A stretch of DNA of 64,000 nucleotides from Candidatus Latescibacterota bacterium. Lineage in GTDB: Bacteria > Latescibacterota > UBA2968 > GCA-2709665. Location: contig CBDCOX010000002.1 of NCBI GenBank assembly GCA_965219995.1, positions 5,056,001 to 5,120,000 of the forward strand, read 5' to 3'. Below are positions 19,671 through 28,146 of the stretch, one piece after another (the stretch's first letter is position 1; each line of letters begins with the position of its first letter). A program made the position numbers and the translations under genes. Below the pieces are notes generated by a model that was given only the letters and a program-made list of their open reading frames with translations, was not told the DNA's origin and did not search any database.

Positions 19671-22316
19671 ATGACCGCTCGTCCCGGATCGGTTGTCAAC
19701 TTCTGCAAGACGGTGTTGCCGCTTCTGCACGGGAAGACGGACGGACGACGGATTCTGCAGGACGTGCGCGAGGTTGTGGCTACCGACCGGTGGAATTCAT
19801 TCGACAGGTTCGCGGAGACCACGGCGTTTCTGGTGCGTCGTTTCGAGGAATCCGGCGCGAAGGCGGAAGTGCACACCATGCGGACCGGCGGAGCCATCGG
19901 ATCGGGGCGGTGGATCATCCATAAGGCCGCAGACGTGCGTTCCGCGACGATGGACGTGATTCGACCGGTAAGAACACGTGTCCTGGACTACAGGGAGAAT
20001 CCCTGGCACGTCATTCAGTGGAGCGACGCCACGCCGCCGGGAGGGATGGAAAACGAGCTGGCCGTCGTGGATTCAAAGGAGGCCCTGACCCGGATTCCCA
20101 GAGGCGGACTGGCCGGGAAGGTGGTGCTGACCGGTATGGATCCGCGCGGCATGTTGCGGTCCTTCTCGGAGGCCGGCGCGGCGGGGGTGGTCGCCGATCA
20201 TCCCGTACCGAATCTGCCCGACGCGACCGCGTGGACGAAATTCGGGTGGGGCGGCGTCCCCATCCAGGATGCGGCGGTCCAGATGGTTGGCCTGGTTCTA
20301 TCGGAGAACCAGGGTAAGCGACTGCGCCGTCTGCTGCGCAAGCACGGCTCATTGACGGTCCGGACAGACGTGGACATTCGTCACTACCAGGGCACGCATG
20401 ATCAGGTGAGCGGGGTGGTGCACGGTGACGCGGATCCTCAGGATGAAGTATGGGCGCTCGCGCACAGCGCGGAACCCGGCGCAATCGACAACGCGTCGGG
20501 GGTGGCGCTGGGCCTGGAAATCGCACGCGTGCTCGAGGAACTGATTGCAGCCGGTAAGCTGGCGCGGCCCAGGCGCACGATACGTCTGATGAGCGCCTAC
20601 GAGTGTCATGGGTTTTTCAAGTACCTGGAGGACACGCAGCGCCTTCAGAACCCTCTCGCCGGCGTTGTGATCGATTCGGTGGGAAGCAAACCCTCGGTTT
20701 GCGGCGGCCGGATCGAGTGGCATGCCTCGATTCCAATGTCGGCCGGCTTCGTGGACCGGTTGGGCGAGACGATCCTGACGGAAACGCTGCGGCGGCGAAA
20801 CCCCGGGTATCGCCTGTCCATGGAGCCGTTCGTGCCCACCTCAGACACGCTGATCGGGGATCCGAAGTATGGATTTCCATGTCCCTGGCTCACCACGCAC
20901 CACCATAAACCAGGCCGGGGATTCGACGCATACCACTCGTCCGCGGATACGCCGGCTCTGTTGAGCACCACGGGGCTTGCGGCGTGCGCGACAGCGATGG
21001 CGGGATATCTTTACTGGCTGGCGGACGCGGGCACGGAGGACATCGTCGACGTGGCCGCCGCGGAGACCGCTCGGACGATGGAGCGGTTAGGGGCGGGGAG
21101 CCTGTCGGTTGCACAGGTCGAATACGAACGCGAGCAGCATCGCGTGAACCTGGAGAAGCTTCATCGCTGGATGTGGGGCGGACGCCGTCGAGACGTCCTG
21201 GAGCAGTTCGCCGGGCACGAGCGCGACGTGCGGGCGTCCGCGGCGGATGCCGTCCGGGGAAAGACGCGACCGCGCAGACGGCGTGTCGAGGGCGCGGACC
21301 GGATTCCGAGGCGCACCCGTGTGTTGTCTCCTATCGGAGAAAACACGGTGCCGGAGATCGCCGGACGTATCAGCAAAACAGGACTCTCTCCCTGGGCGCT
21401 GTTCTGGGCGGATGGCAACCGGACGATTCAGGAGATTTCGCAGGCCGTGGCGTGCGAGACCGGCAATGAAGTGAAGCTGGCGAGCGTCGTCGCCTATTTC
21501 GAAGCGCACGCTGAACTGGGTTATGTGGAGCTTATCGAGAAATCGGAACGGGTGACGCGCGCGGGCCTTGCGGCGGACCTCCGTTCACTGGGTCTGGCCC
21601 GGGGCATGGACGTGATGGTGCACAGCTCCCTGTCGTCCATCGGACACGTGGCGGGCGGCGCGGATACGGTGATCGAGGCGCTGCTGGACGTGATCGGCAC
21701 GCGAGGTACACTCATGATGCCCTCGTTTCACCACCGGGCCGCACAGGTGTACAATCCGATGACGACGCCCACGACCAACGGCGCGATCCCCGATGCGTTC
21801 TGGCGGCGTCCGGACGCGGTCAGGAGCGACCATTCCACGCACGCGGTGGCGGCGGTGGGTCCCAAAGCCGAGGCCTTCTGCAGGGATCACGGCAGGAAAG
21901 GACTGTGGACGCCGGACAGCCCCATCGGCCAACTCGTACACGGCAACGGGCACGTACTGCTGCTTGGCGTCGACCACAATGCCACGACAGCCTACCACGT
22001 GGCCGAGTTATCGGTGCCCTGCGGATGCATCGACCCGTTCGGCAATTTCTACCGCGTCGTGGCGCCGGACGGGGGCGTGCGGCAGGTCAGGGGGCTGGCG
22101 TTCAGATCGGCGCTGTGTCCGGTGCCGCCGGACAAGCTGAACAGGGCGCTGGACCGCAGGGGCAAACAGCGCCGCGGAAGAGTGGGCCGGGCGGACTCGT
22201 TCTTCGTGCCGGCAATAGAGGTCTGGAAGGCTCGGCGGGACCATCTGCGGCGCGTCTGTCCGACGTGTGATATCAAACCTCGAGTCGACGCGCCGGGATC
22301 GGATAGAACACGATGA
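19671..22316 (+). CDS. fusion of an M28/DUF4910-like Zn-peptidase (PA domain, winged helix) with an AAC(3)-family N-acetyltransferase
   Basis: N-terminal AH...GAIDNASG, AYE, DSVG, YHSSADTP and WADGNRTI; C-terminal VHSSLSSIG, GTLMMP, RSDHSTHA and LLLGV...TAYHVAE. Confidence 0.8.
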   Translation: MTARPGSVVNFCKTVLPLLHGKTDGRRILQDVREVVATDRWNSFDRFAETTAFLVRRFEESGAKAEVHTMRTGGAIGSGRWIIHKAADVRSATMDVIRPVRTRVLDYRENPWHVIQWSDATPPGGMENELAVVDSKEALTRIPRGGLAGKVVLTGMDPRGMLRSFSEAGAAGVVADHPVPNLPDATAWTKFGWGGVPIQDAAVQMVGLVLSENQGKRLRRLLRKHGSLTVRTDVDIRHYQGTHDQVSGVVHGDADPQDEVWALAHSAEPGAIDNASGVALGLEIARVLEELIAAGKLARPRRTIRLMSAYECHGFFKYLEDTQRLQNPLAGVVIDSVGSKPSVCGGRIEWHASIPMSAGFVDRLGETILTETLRRRNPGYRLSMEPFVPTSDTLIGDPKYGFPCPWLTTHHHKPGRGFDAYHSSADTPALLSTTGLAACATAMAGYLYWLADAGTEDIVDVAAAETARTMERLGAGSLSVAQVEYEREQHRVNLEKLHRWMWGGRRRDVLEQFAGHERDVRASAADAVRGKTRPRRRRVEGADRIPRRTRVLSPIGENTVPEIAGRISKTGLSPWALFWADGNRTIQEISQAVACETGNEVKLASVVAYFEAHAELGYVELIEKSERVTRAGLAADLRSLGLARGMDVMVHSSLSSIGHVAGGADTVIEALLDVIGTRGTLMMPSFHHRAAQVYNPMTTPTTNGAIPDAFWRRPDAVRSDHSTHAVAAVGPKAEAFCRDHGRKGLWTPDSPIGQLVHGNGHVLLLGVDHNATTAYHVAELSVPCGCIDPFGNFYRVVAPDGGVRQVRGLAFRSALCPVPPDKLNRALDRRGKQRRGRVGRADSFFVPAIEVWKARRDHLRRVCPTCDIKPRVDAPGSDRTR

Positions 22317-23608
22317 ATACGCGTCGATCCACAGCGCTTTTCGAGGCGAGTTCCCGTTACCTCGCGATGGGTGTGTCTTCCGGTATGAGGCGCGCGGTGA
22401 CATCGCCGCCGCTCTTCTTCGATCGGGCGGAGGGGCCGTACTATTACGACGTGGACGGAAACAGACTGCTGGATTACACCCTGGCGTGGGGGCCGCTGAT
22501 TCTCGGTTCGAATCACCCGGAACTGAACGCGGCCGTGACGGCGGCGGTACGGAATTCATACACCCTCGGGGCCCAGCATCCAGGTGAGGTTGCGTTCGCA
22601 AAACTGCTGGTGGAGACACTTCCGGGCGTTGACCAGGTGATTTTTTCCAATACGGGCTCCGAGGCCGTCCAGGTGGCCCTGAGGCTTGCGCGCGCCGCAA
22701 CCGGTCGTAACAGGTTCGTCAAATTCGAGGGACACTACCACGGATGGTTGAACAACATTCTTGTGAGTTACCACGAATCCGACGAAGCACTCGGGAATCC
22801 GGACGCACCCAGGGTCGTTCCCGCCTGCGGCGGACAGCCGGCGGCCGAATACGCGGAGACTGTCACGTTGCCATGGAACCGGCTGGATCTGCTGGAAAAC
22901 CTGTTCGCCGAACGGGGATCGGAGATTGCAGCGGTGATCACCGAGCCGGTCCTGGCCAACTCCGGATCCATCATGCCCTCGGAGGGGTTCCTTAAGGGGA
23001 TGGTCGATCTGTGTCGAAGCAACGGCGCGGTTTCGATATTTGACGAGGTCATTACCGGGTTTCGTCTCGCTCTTGGGGGCGCCAGGGAATATTTCGACGC
23101 GATCCCCGATCTCTCGGTCTACGCGAAGGCGATGGCGGGCGGGTTCACGCTTTCCGCGGTGGCGGGTTCTCGCAAGATGTTTGACGTGCTCAGGAATGGC
23201 GCGACAATTCACGCGGGGACGTACAACGGCAGCACGGTCAATCTTGCCGCAGGGCTTGCGACCGTCACGATCCTGAGCGCGGATCCCGGGGTCTTCCACC
23301 GTATGCATGAGCACGGATACGCGATTCGGCGGACAATCGAGGCTGCTGCGGCTCGCGGGGGAATCCCCGTCTGCACCTCGGGAGCGGGCACGGTCTTCAA
23401 CGTTCACTTCGGTGTACAGTCTCCCCCCGTACACTATCGGGAACTGAAGGCGACGGATATGGCGCTTTATACCCGGTTCAGGACCGGCATGCTGGAGGCG
23501 GGCATTCAACTGTTGCCGGATGGCCGATGGTACGTGGGCATGACCCATGGAGACGAGGAACTCAGTCACGTGCGCGCGGCGGTAGGGTCGGCGGTCGCCG
23601 CGCTGTAG
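22313..23608 (+). CDS. class III aminotransferase, glutamate-1-semialdehyde aminomutase-like
   Basis: GVSS..R, DVDGN, NTGSEA, KFEGHYHG, IFDEVITGFR, YAKAMAGG and HAGTYNG motifs; ATGA overlap with the upstream gene. Confidence 0.9.
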   Translation: MNTRRSTALFEASSRYLAMGVSSGMRRAVTSPPLFFDRAEGPYYYDVDGNRLLDYTLAWGPLILGSNHPELNAAVTAAVRNSYTLGAQHPGEVAFAKLLVETLPGVDQVIFSNTGSEAVQVALRLARAATGRNRFVKFEGHYHGWLNNILVSYHESDEALGNPDAPRVVPACGGQPAAEYAETVTLPWNRLDLLENLFAERGSEIAAVITEPVLANSGSIMPSEGFLKGMVDLCRSNGAVSIFDEVITGFRLALGGAREYFDAIPDLSVYAKAMAGGFTLSAVAGSRKMFDVLRNGATIHAGTYNGSTVNLAAGLATVTILSADPGVFHRMHEHGYAIRRTIEAAAARGGIPVCTSGAGTVFNVHFGVQSPPVHYRELKATDMALYTRFRTGMLEAGIQLLPDGRWYVGMTHGDEELSHVRAAVGSAVAAL

Positions 23609-23656
23609 CGTCCCGCTCGCGAGATCTGCCGGCATTTATTCACAGGGTCAAATACC

Positions 23657-23685
23657 TTGACAATGGGGAGGCGTTATGGTAAAAT
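23657..23685 (+). promoter_or_regulatory. near-consensus sigma70 promoter
   Basis: TTGACA-17 nt-TAAAAT with an extended -10 TG. Confidence 0.8.
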
Positions 23686-23759
23686 CACAGAGAGTTCCGG
23701 GATAATGGTTGCAGTTCGAAGGGCCGTTCGCACCAGTGGGAAGCTGGAGGAAAACGTAT

Positions 23760-24524
23760 ATGGGGATGGATGACATTCAGCCTCTTCTGGAAAGCTGGCC
23801 ATACGAGCCGGACAAACTCTGTGTGAGACGCATCAAGGGGACGGATGGCGAGGAAAAAATCCAGCTCCGCGTGGAGATGGGGATACTGCAGATGGAGGTC
23901 GCGGGACGCCCGGACGGACAGCGCCCACACGGATATGAGTCGCTGCTTCACTACTACAAGGCGAAAGTGCGGGCGTCGCCGGAAGACTCGAAGACGTACA
24001 GGCTCGACCCGGACGTCTGCCTGTCACTTCAGGTCGAAGGGCTTCAGTATTACCATCGACGGATCAGCTTTCTTGAACTGGGAGAATATCGACTTGCCCA
24101 GGATGACGCTCAGCGAAACCTCGATATGTTCGACTTCGTCAAGGAACACGCGCGTGAAGAAGAAGATAGCATGGTCCTCGAGCAATACAGGCCCTTCGTG
24201 ATCGGACATCGCATACGTGCGGTGGTCCTGCAGGAACTGGAGGACGAGAATTTCGATCGGGCGCTCCTGGAAATCCACAACGGGATCGAAGAGATCCAGG
24301 GGTTCTTCAAGGAGTACGACAGGCCCGACCTCGTGGAAGACAGCGAAGAGGTGGTATTTTTGAAGGAATGGGCGGAAGAAATCCGAAAAGATCGACCCAG
24401 GCCCCTGTTTCAGGACCTCAAGGAGCAACTCAGTGAGGCGGTTGCCATTGAAGATTTCGAGCGCGCCGCCCAGCTTCGGGATCAGCTCCAGGCACTCTCG
24501 CCCGGCGCAGACCGAAAATCCTGA
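23760..24524 (+). CDS. UvrB/UvrC (UVR) motif-containing protein
   Basis: C-terminal LSEAVAIEDFERAAQLRDQL UVR motif; N-terminal IQLRVEMGILQME..GRPDG.RPHG; GGAGG RBS. Confidence 0.8.
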   Translation: MGMDDIQPLLESWPYEPDKLCVRRIKGTDGEEKIQLRVEMGILQMEVAGRPDGQRPHGYESLLHYYKAKVRASPEDSKTYRLDPDVCLSLQVEGLQYYHRRISFLELGEYRLAQDDAQRNLDMFDFVKEHAREEEDSMVLEQYRPFVIGHRIRAVVLQELEDENFDRALLEIHNGIEEIQGFFKEYDRPDLVEDSEEVVFLKEWAEEIRKDRPRPLFQDLKEQLSEAVAIEDFERAAQLRDQLQALSPGADRKS

Positions 24525-24578
24525 TCCTGCAAGCAACGTCCGGCGCACGCCGCGCCGGCCCGGAAAGGGAATGATCTA

Positions 24579-25880
24579 TTGGCGGTGCATGAAATCATCA
24601 CCTCACGGGAGCCGGAACGCGCAATTCTGGTGGGCATGGCGCTTCCGGGCAATACATCCTGGGATACGGACGACACGCTGAATGAACTTGCGTTACTCGC
24701 GGACACTGCGGGTGCACAGGTTGTGGACCGGATGGTGCAGGAGCGGGAAAGCATCGATCCGGCTTTTTTTATCGGTCGGGGCAAGGCTGAGGAACTTGCG
24801 CGCCGCGTGAAACGACTCCAGGCGAACGTGGTGATCTTCGACGACGACCTGTCGCCCGCCCAGTTCAAGAACCTCGAGGAAGTCGCGGGCGCCAACGTCA
24901 TCGATCGGAGCCGTCTGATTCTGGACATCTTCGCGGGACGGGCCAAGACACGCGAGGCTCAGACCCAGGTTGAACTGGCGCAGCTCAACTACCTGTTGCC
25001 GCGGCTGACGCGCCGATGGACGCATCTGTCACGCCAGGCCGGCCACGGCGGGACCACAGGCGGAATCGGCACCCGGGGTCCGGGAGAAACGCAGCTGGAG
25101 GTGGACCGACGCGCGCTGCGGAGCCGTATCGGGGTCTTGACCAGAGCGTTGAACAGGATCGCCCGGCGGCGTGTGACGGGGCGCAAACAGCGAACGGATG
25201 CGTTCCGTATCTCCCTGGTGGGCTACACGAATGCGGGAAAATCGACGTTGATGCGCGCACTTTCCGGCGCGGACGTACTCGTGGAAGACCGCTTGTTCGC
25301 AACGCTGGACTCCACGACCCGCAGGGTCTATCTGGGGTACAATCGGGAAGTCCTGCTCACCGACACGGTCGGGTTTATCCGAAAGCTGCCGCATCACCTT
25401 GTCGCTTCGTTCAGAAGCACCCTTGAGGAGGCGGTGGATGCGGACCTGTTGTTGCACGTTGTCGACGTGAGCCATCCCATGTGCGAGGAGCAGATCGAGG
25501 CGGTGCGTGAAACGCTCCAGGGACTGGGCATCGCGGAGTACCCCACGTTGATGGCATTCAACAAGATCGATCAGTTTCACGATCCGTCCATGCAGAGGCG
25601 GCTTAGGGCCGGGTATCCGGACGGCATCTGGATCTCGGCTCAGGAAGCCCGGGGGCTGGACGATCTGCGGTGGGCGATTTACGACCGGCTCGAGGGCGAA
25701 CGCAAGGTGGAGCAACTGCGGGTTCCGCAGGCGGAAGGAAAGCTCCTCTCGGAACTGTATCGGGTAGGCGAGATATTGAATACGACGTATAAGGGAAACG
25801 ACGTGTTTCTGGAGATCAAACTGAGCCGCCAGAATGCGAGGCGGCTCCTGCCCGACGGAAGGTTTCGCATCAAACGGTGA
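24579..25880 (+). CDS. hflX: ribosome-splitting GTPase HflX
   Basis: IGRGK, LILDIFA, RGPGETQLE, GYTNAGKST, LFATLD, DTVGFI and NKID motifs. Confidence 0.97.
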   Translation: MAVHEIITSREPERAILVGMALPGNTSWDTDDTLNELALLADTAGAQVVDRMVQERESIDPAFFIGRGKAEELARRVKRLQANVVIFDDDLSPAQFKNLEEVAGANVIDRSRLILDIFAGRAKTREAQTQVELAQLNYLLPRLTRRWTHLSRQAGHGGTTGGIGTRGPGETQLEVDRRALRSRIGVLTRALNRIARRRVTGRKQRTDAFRISLVGYTNAGKSTLMRALSGADVLVEDRLFATLDSTTRRVYLGYNREVLLTDTVGFIRKLPHHLVASFRSTLEEAVDADLLLHVVDVSHPMCEEQIEAVRETLQGLGIAEYPTLMAFNKIDQFHDPSMQRRLRAGYPDGIWISAQEARGLDDLRWAIYDRLEGERKVEQLRVPQAEGKLLSELYRVGEILNTTYKGNDVFLEIKLSRQNARRLLPDGRFRIKR

Positions 25881-25913
25881 CTTGAAGCTCGATCTTTGCA
25901 GGATAATGAAACG

Positions 25914-25955
25914 AAACAGGCGTTTGCGGACGGGAACCGCGAACGCCTGTTTTTC
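25914..25955. terminator. bidirectional intrinsic terminator
   Basis: AAACAGGCGTTTGCGG/CCGCGAACGCCTGTTTTT stem between the convergent hflX and bactofilin genes. Confidence 0.8.
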
Positions 25956-25988
25956 TGAATAGCGGGTTTATTCGGACACGCCTGCGTG

Positions 25989-26411
25989 TCAGGTCGAGGG
26001 CTCATCCTCTGTTTCGGCAGGCGAAGACTCCCGGTCTGCTAGCGCCGCAGGCGACGTAACTTCGTCTCCGGCGGCGCACTTCCCCCTGATAATGGCGCCT
26101 TCTTCCACGACGATGGAACGTGCGGCGATGTCGCCCGTAAAGACGGCGCTGGCTTCCAGCTTGACGTTCCCCTCGGCTTCCAGTTTTCCGGTAACTTCCC
26201 CGCCGATCACCGCGTCACGCACCCGTACGACCTCTGCATCCACTTTTCCGGACGGACCGATGACAAGCGTGCCCGATGCATGCAGTTCGCCCTTGAGCGT
26301 CCCATCCAGGCGGATGCTTTCGTCCGTCTTTACCGATCCTTCCATCACCGTGTCTTTGCCGATCACCGTTTTAATGGCTTCTTTTTCCAGCTTTTGTTTA
26401 AACGCCAACAT
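25989..26411 (-). CDS. bactofilin (polymer-forming cytoskeletal protein)
   Basis: TVIG...EG...IRLDG...G...LVIG..G.V...GDI...VVEEGA..G beta-helix pattern. Confidence 0.92.
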   Translation of the reverse strand: MLAFKQKLEKEAIKTVIGKDTVMEGSVKTDESIRLDGTLKGELHASGTLVIGPSGKVDAEVVRVRDAVIGGEVTGKLEAEGNVKLEASAVFTGDIAARSIVVEEGAIIRGKCAAGDEVTSPAALADRESSPAETEDEPST

Positions 26412-26529
26412 TCGGATGTCCGCTCACGTGTTTTCTGTTATGGAAGATTGGCCAATTGGGTTTCCCGCGCGTTGGGGAATCTCAACTTCCTGCGGATGGG
26501 CCGGGAACAGGGTTCCGGACCTCCTGAAT

Positions 26530-26976
26530 TCATCTGGAATTCACGGAATCGCGGGGTGACCCGGCAGCGCCCTTGATCGCGCTGGCGACGGGCGCGCCCG
26601 TCTTTCGGTTCTCCTCCGGGCGTACGGTAGAAACCGCATTCGTGAAGGAAGCCTGCGTCGGCCCCGCGTCGGGCAACAGCATCTGACGCAGTTTCTGATC
26701 GGTTCCCTGGATTCGCTTCAGGGTGAGCGCGAGTTCCTCCACGCGTGCAACTTCCTCATTCAGCCGGCTGTTCTCTGCCTTCAGGGAGCGCGCCGACTGT
26801 CTCCACTCCTGAATCTTCCAGATGAACGCGAACTCCAGGATCAGCATGATGAGCAACAGGAGAATCGCGCCGGCCGCCGCCCTCAGCGGCCAGTAACCGA
26901 GCTTGAACACCACGGTGCGCGATCCGTCGTCGGGGATAAACAGTACCGACATCTGTCTACGCCGTTGTCTGGCCAC
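26530..26976 (-). CDS. membrane-anchored coiled-coil protein resembling the N-terminus of bactofilin-associated M23 peptidases
   Basis: SVLFIPD start, one TM helix and a coiled coil ending DQKLRQML; no M23 HxxxD/HxH domain follows. Confidence 0.65.
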   Translation of the reverse strand: MARQRRRQMSVLFIPDDGSRTVVFKLGYWPLRAAAGAILLLLIMLILEFAFIWKIQEWRQSARSLKAENSRLNEEVARVEELALTLKRIQGTDQKLRQMLLPDAGPTQASFTNAVSTVRPEENRKTGAPVASAIKGAAGSPRDSVNSR

Positions 26977-27120
26977 GCAACCGGTCTCCTCTTGGGGTGA
27001 CTACAACTCCAGGGCCAGGCGCCAACCCGTTCCGCCGGACGCGGCATGGCGCCGGATGCGACGCCGAATGCGATTTTCGCCTTCGATTCGGTATAGAATA
27101 CTGAGATCGCATCCGCGTTC

Positions 27121-27149
27121 AGGTTAGCAGGCGGCGGCGGCTTTGTCAA
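27121..27149 (-). promoter_or_regulatory. sigma70-type promoter
   Basis: TTGACA-17 nt-TAACCT with extended TG on the minus strand, upstream of the coiled-coil/bactofilin pair. Confidence 0.6.
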
Positions 27150-27231
27150 GCAATTTAGGACGGGACCGCTGCCCGATGGCGGCGCACGGTGCTCGGGCAG
27201 CCGACGGTTGTCGGGGACAGCACTCTCACGT

Positions 27232-27393
27232 TCACACGCGTTTCTGCAGCAGCCAGCCGGCCGTAAAAATAAGACCGCCGATGATCGCAAAGCGCACCTC
27301 CCGGCCGATGTCCTCTTCGTAGAGGCCGACAAACAGGCCGAAACCCATATAGATCAGCCCGGCAAGTTGAAGGATGCGAGCAAGCAGACGCAT
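27232..27393 (-). CDS. small two-TM membrane protein (53 aa)
   Basis: MRLLARILQLAGLIYMGFGLFVGLY...FAIIGGLIFTAGWLLQKRV, two hydrophobic helices. Confidence 0.65.
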   Translation of the reverse strand: MRLLARILQLAGLIYMGFGLFVGLYEEDIGREVRFAIIGGLIFTAGWLLQKRV

Positions 27394-27578
27394 TGAAAAC
27401 CCTGTTTCCGCCTCATCCCGTCCCGTCCGCATTCTAAGGTTGTGGATTGGGGCGAAGCCTTGCGACGACTCTCGGAATGTTTGGAATTTGCAGGCTTACA
27501 GTCGATAGTCCAAAGTCAACAGTACGGCGAAATCCGGCGGCAGCGTGGTCGGCAAGGTAATCCGGATACGGCAAACGC

Positions 27579-27609
27579 AAAAGCCGACATCCAGGGATAT
27601 CGGCTTTCA
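27579..27609 (-). terminator. intrinsic terminator
   Basis: AAAGCCGATAT/ATGTCGGCTTTT stem just downstream of the 27633 stop. Confidence 0.65.
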
Positions 27610-27632
27610 ATCGCGCGAACCGGGACAGGACA

Positions 27633-28103
27633 CTAAAATGCCTTGTTGAGATTCAAACGGACGCCCCTGGCTTTCAGGTCTCCGTTGACAGCCAGGCCGA
27701 CGCCATTCATTTCGACCAGGTTGTTTCGCTTTTCCGGGGGCGGAAGTTCCTCGCCCTCATCCGATAGAAAGAAATGGACCGAGTACGCCAGGGTTCCGAC
27801 GCCGAGCCCGAACATGATGGCGGCCTTGGTGTCGCCGGATTTGCTCTCGCTGTAATGGTCTCCCGCCGTCTGGGAGGACCTGGCGGTCCGGTACTGCTCG
27901 TACGCGTCGTTTGCGTCCTTTCTTGCAGCGTGCGCCTCGGTGAAGAACCAGATGCTCGCCCCCAGCGACAGCGCTCCGTATAATTTTTTGGAGTACAGGA
28001 AGTCTTTGGATTTCTCTTGCGCGAGGGCCGTGTCCGCTGAAACGAATAACGCGGTGACGGCGATCACGACGGCGACCGCGCAGGTCCGATAACGGATGTA
28101 CAT
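27633..28103 (-). CDS. hypothetical exported/membrane protein
   Basis: Signal peptide ending ALA, two hydrophobic segments and a C-terminal Phe (LNKAF); GGAGG RBS. Confidence 0.7.
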   Translation of the reverse strand: MYIRYRTCAVAVVIAVTALFVSADTALAQEKSKDFLYSKKLYGALSLGASIWFFTEAHAARKDANDAYEQYRTARSSQTAGDHYSESKSGDTKAAIMFGLGVGTLAYSVHFFLSDEGEELPPPEKRNNLVEMNGVGLAVNGDLKARGVRLNLNKAF

Positions 28104-28146
28104 TACGTCCTCCGGGGGTCGATGGAGTTCCTGTTGCAGCTTCGGT

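Noticed and set aside
21550-22316. AAC(3) domain as an acquired aminoglycoside resistance gene
   Set aside because: It is fused to a peptidase-like domain in a metabolic operon with host-like GC and no mobile context.
22313-23608. Calling this gene hemL
   Set aside because: The family is clear, but the context has no tetrapyrrole genes and GSA-like paralogs are common.
26412-26560. Possible ncRNA, or TGA read-through/selenocysteine extension of the 26530 ORF
   Set aside because: Read-through hits another TGA after 15 codons with no M23 motifs, and I recognise no ncRNA consensus.
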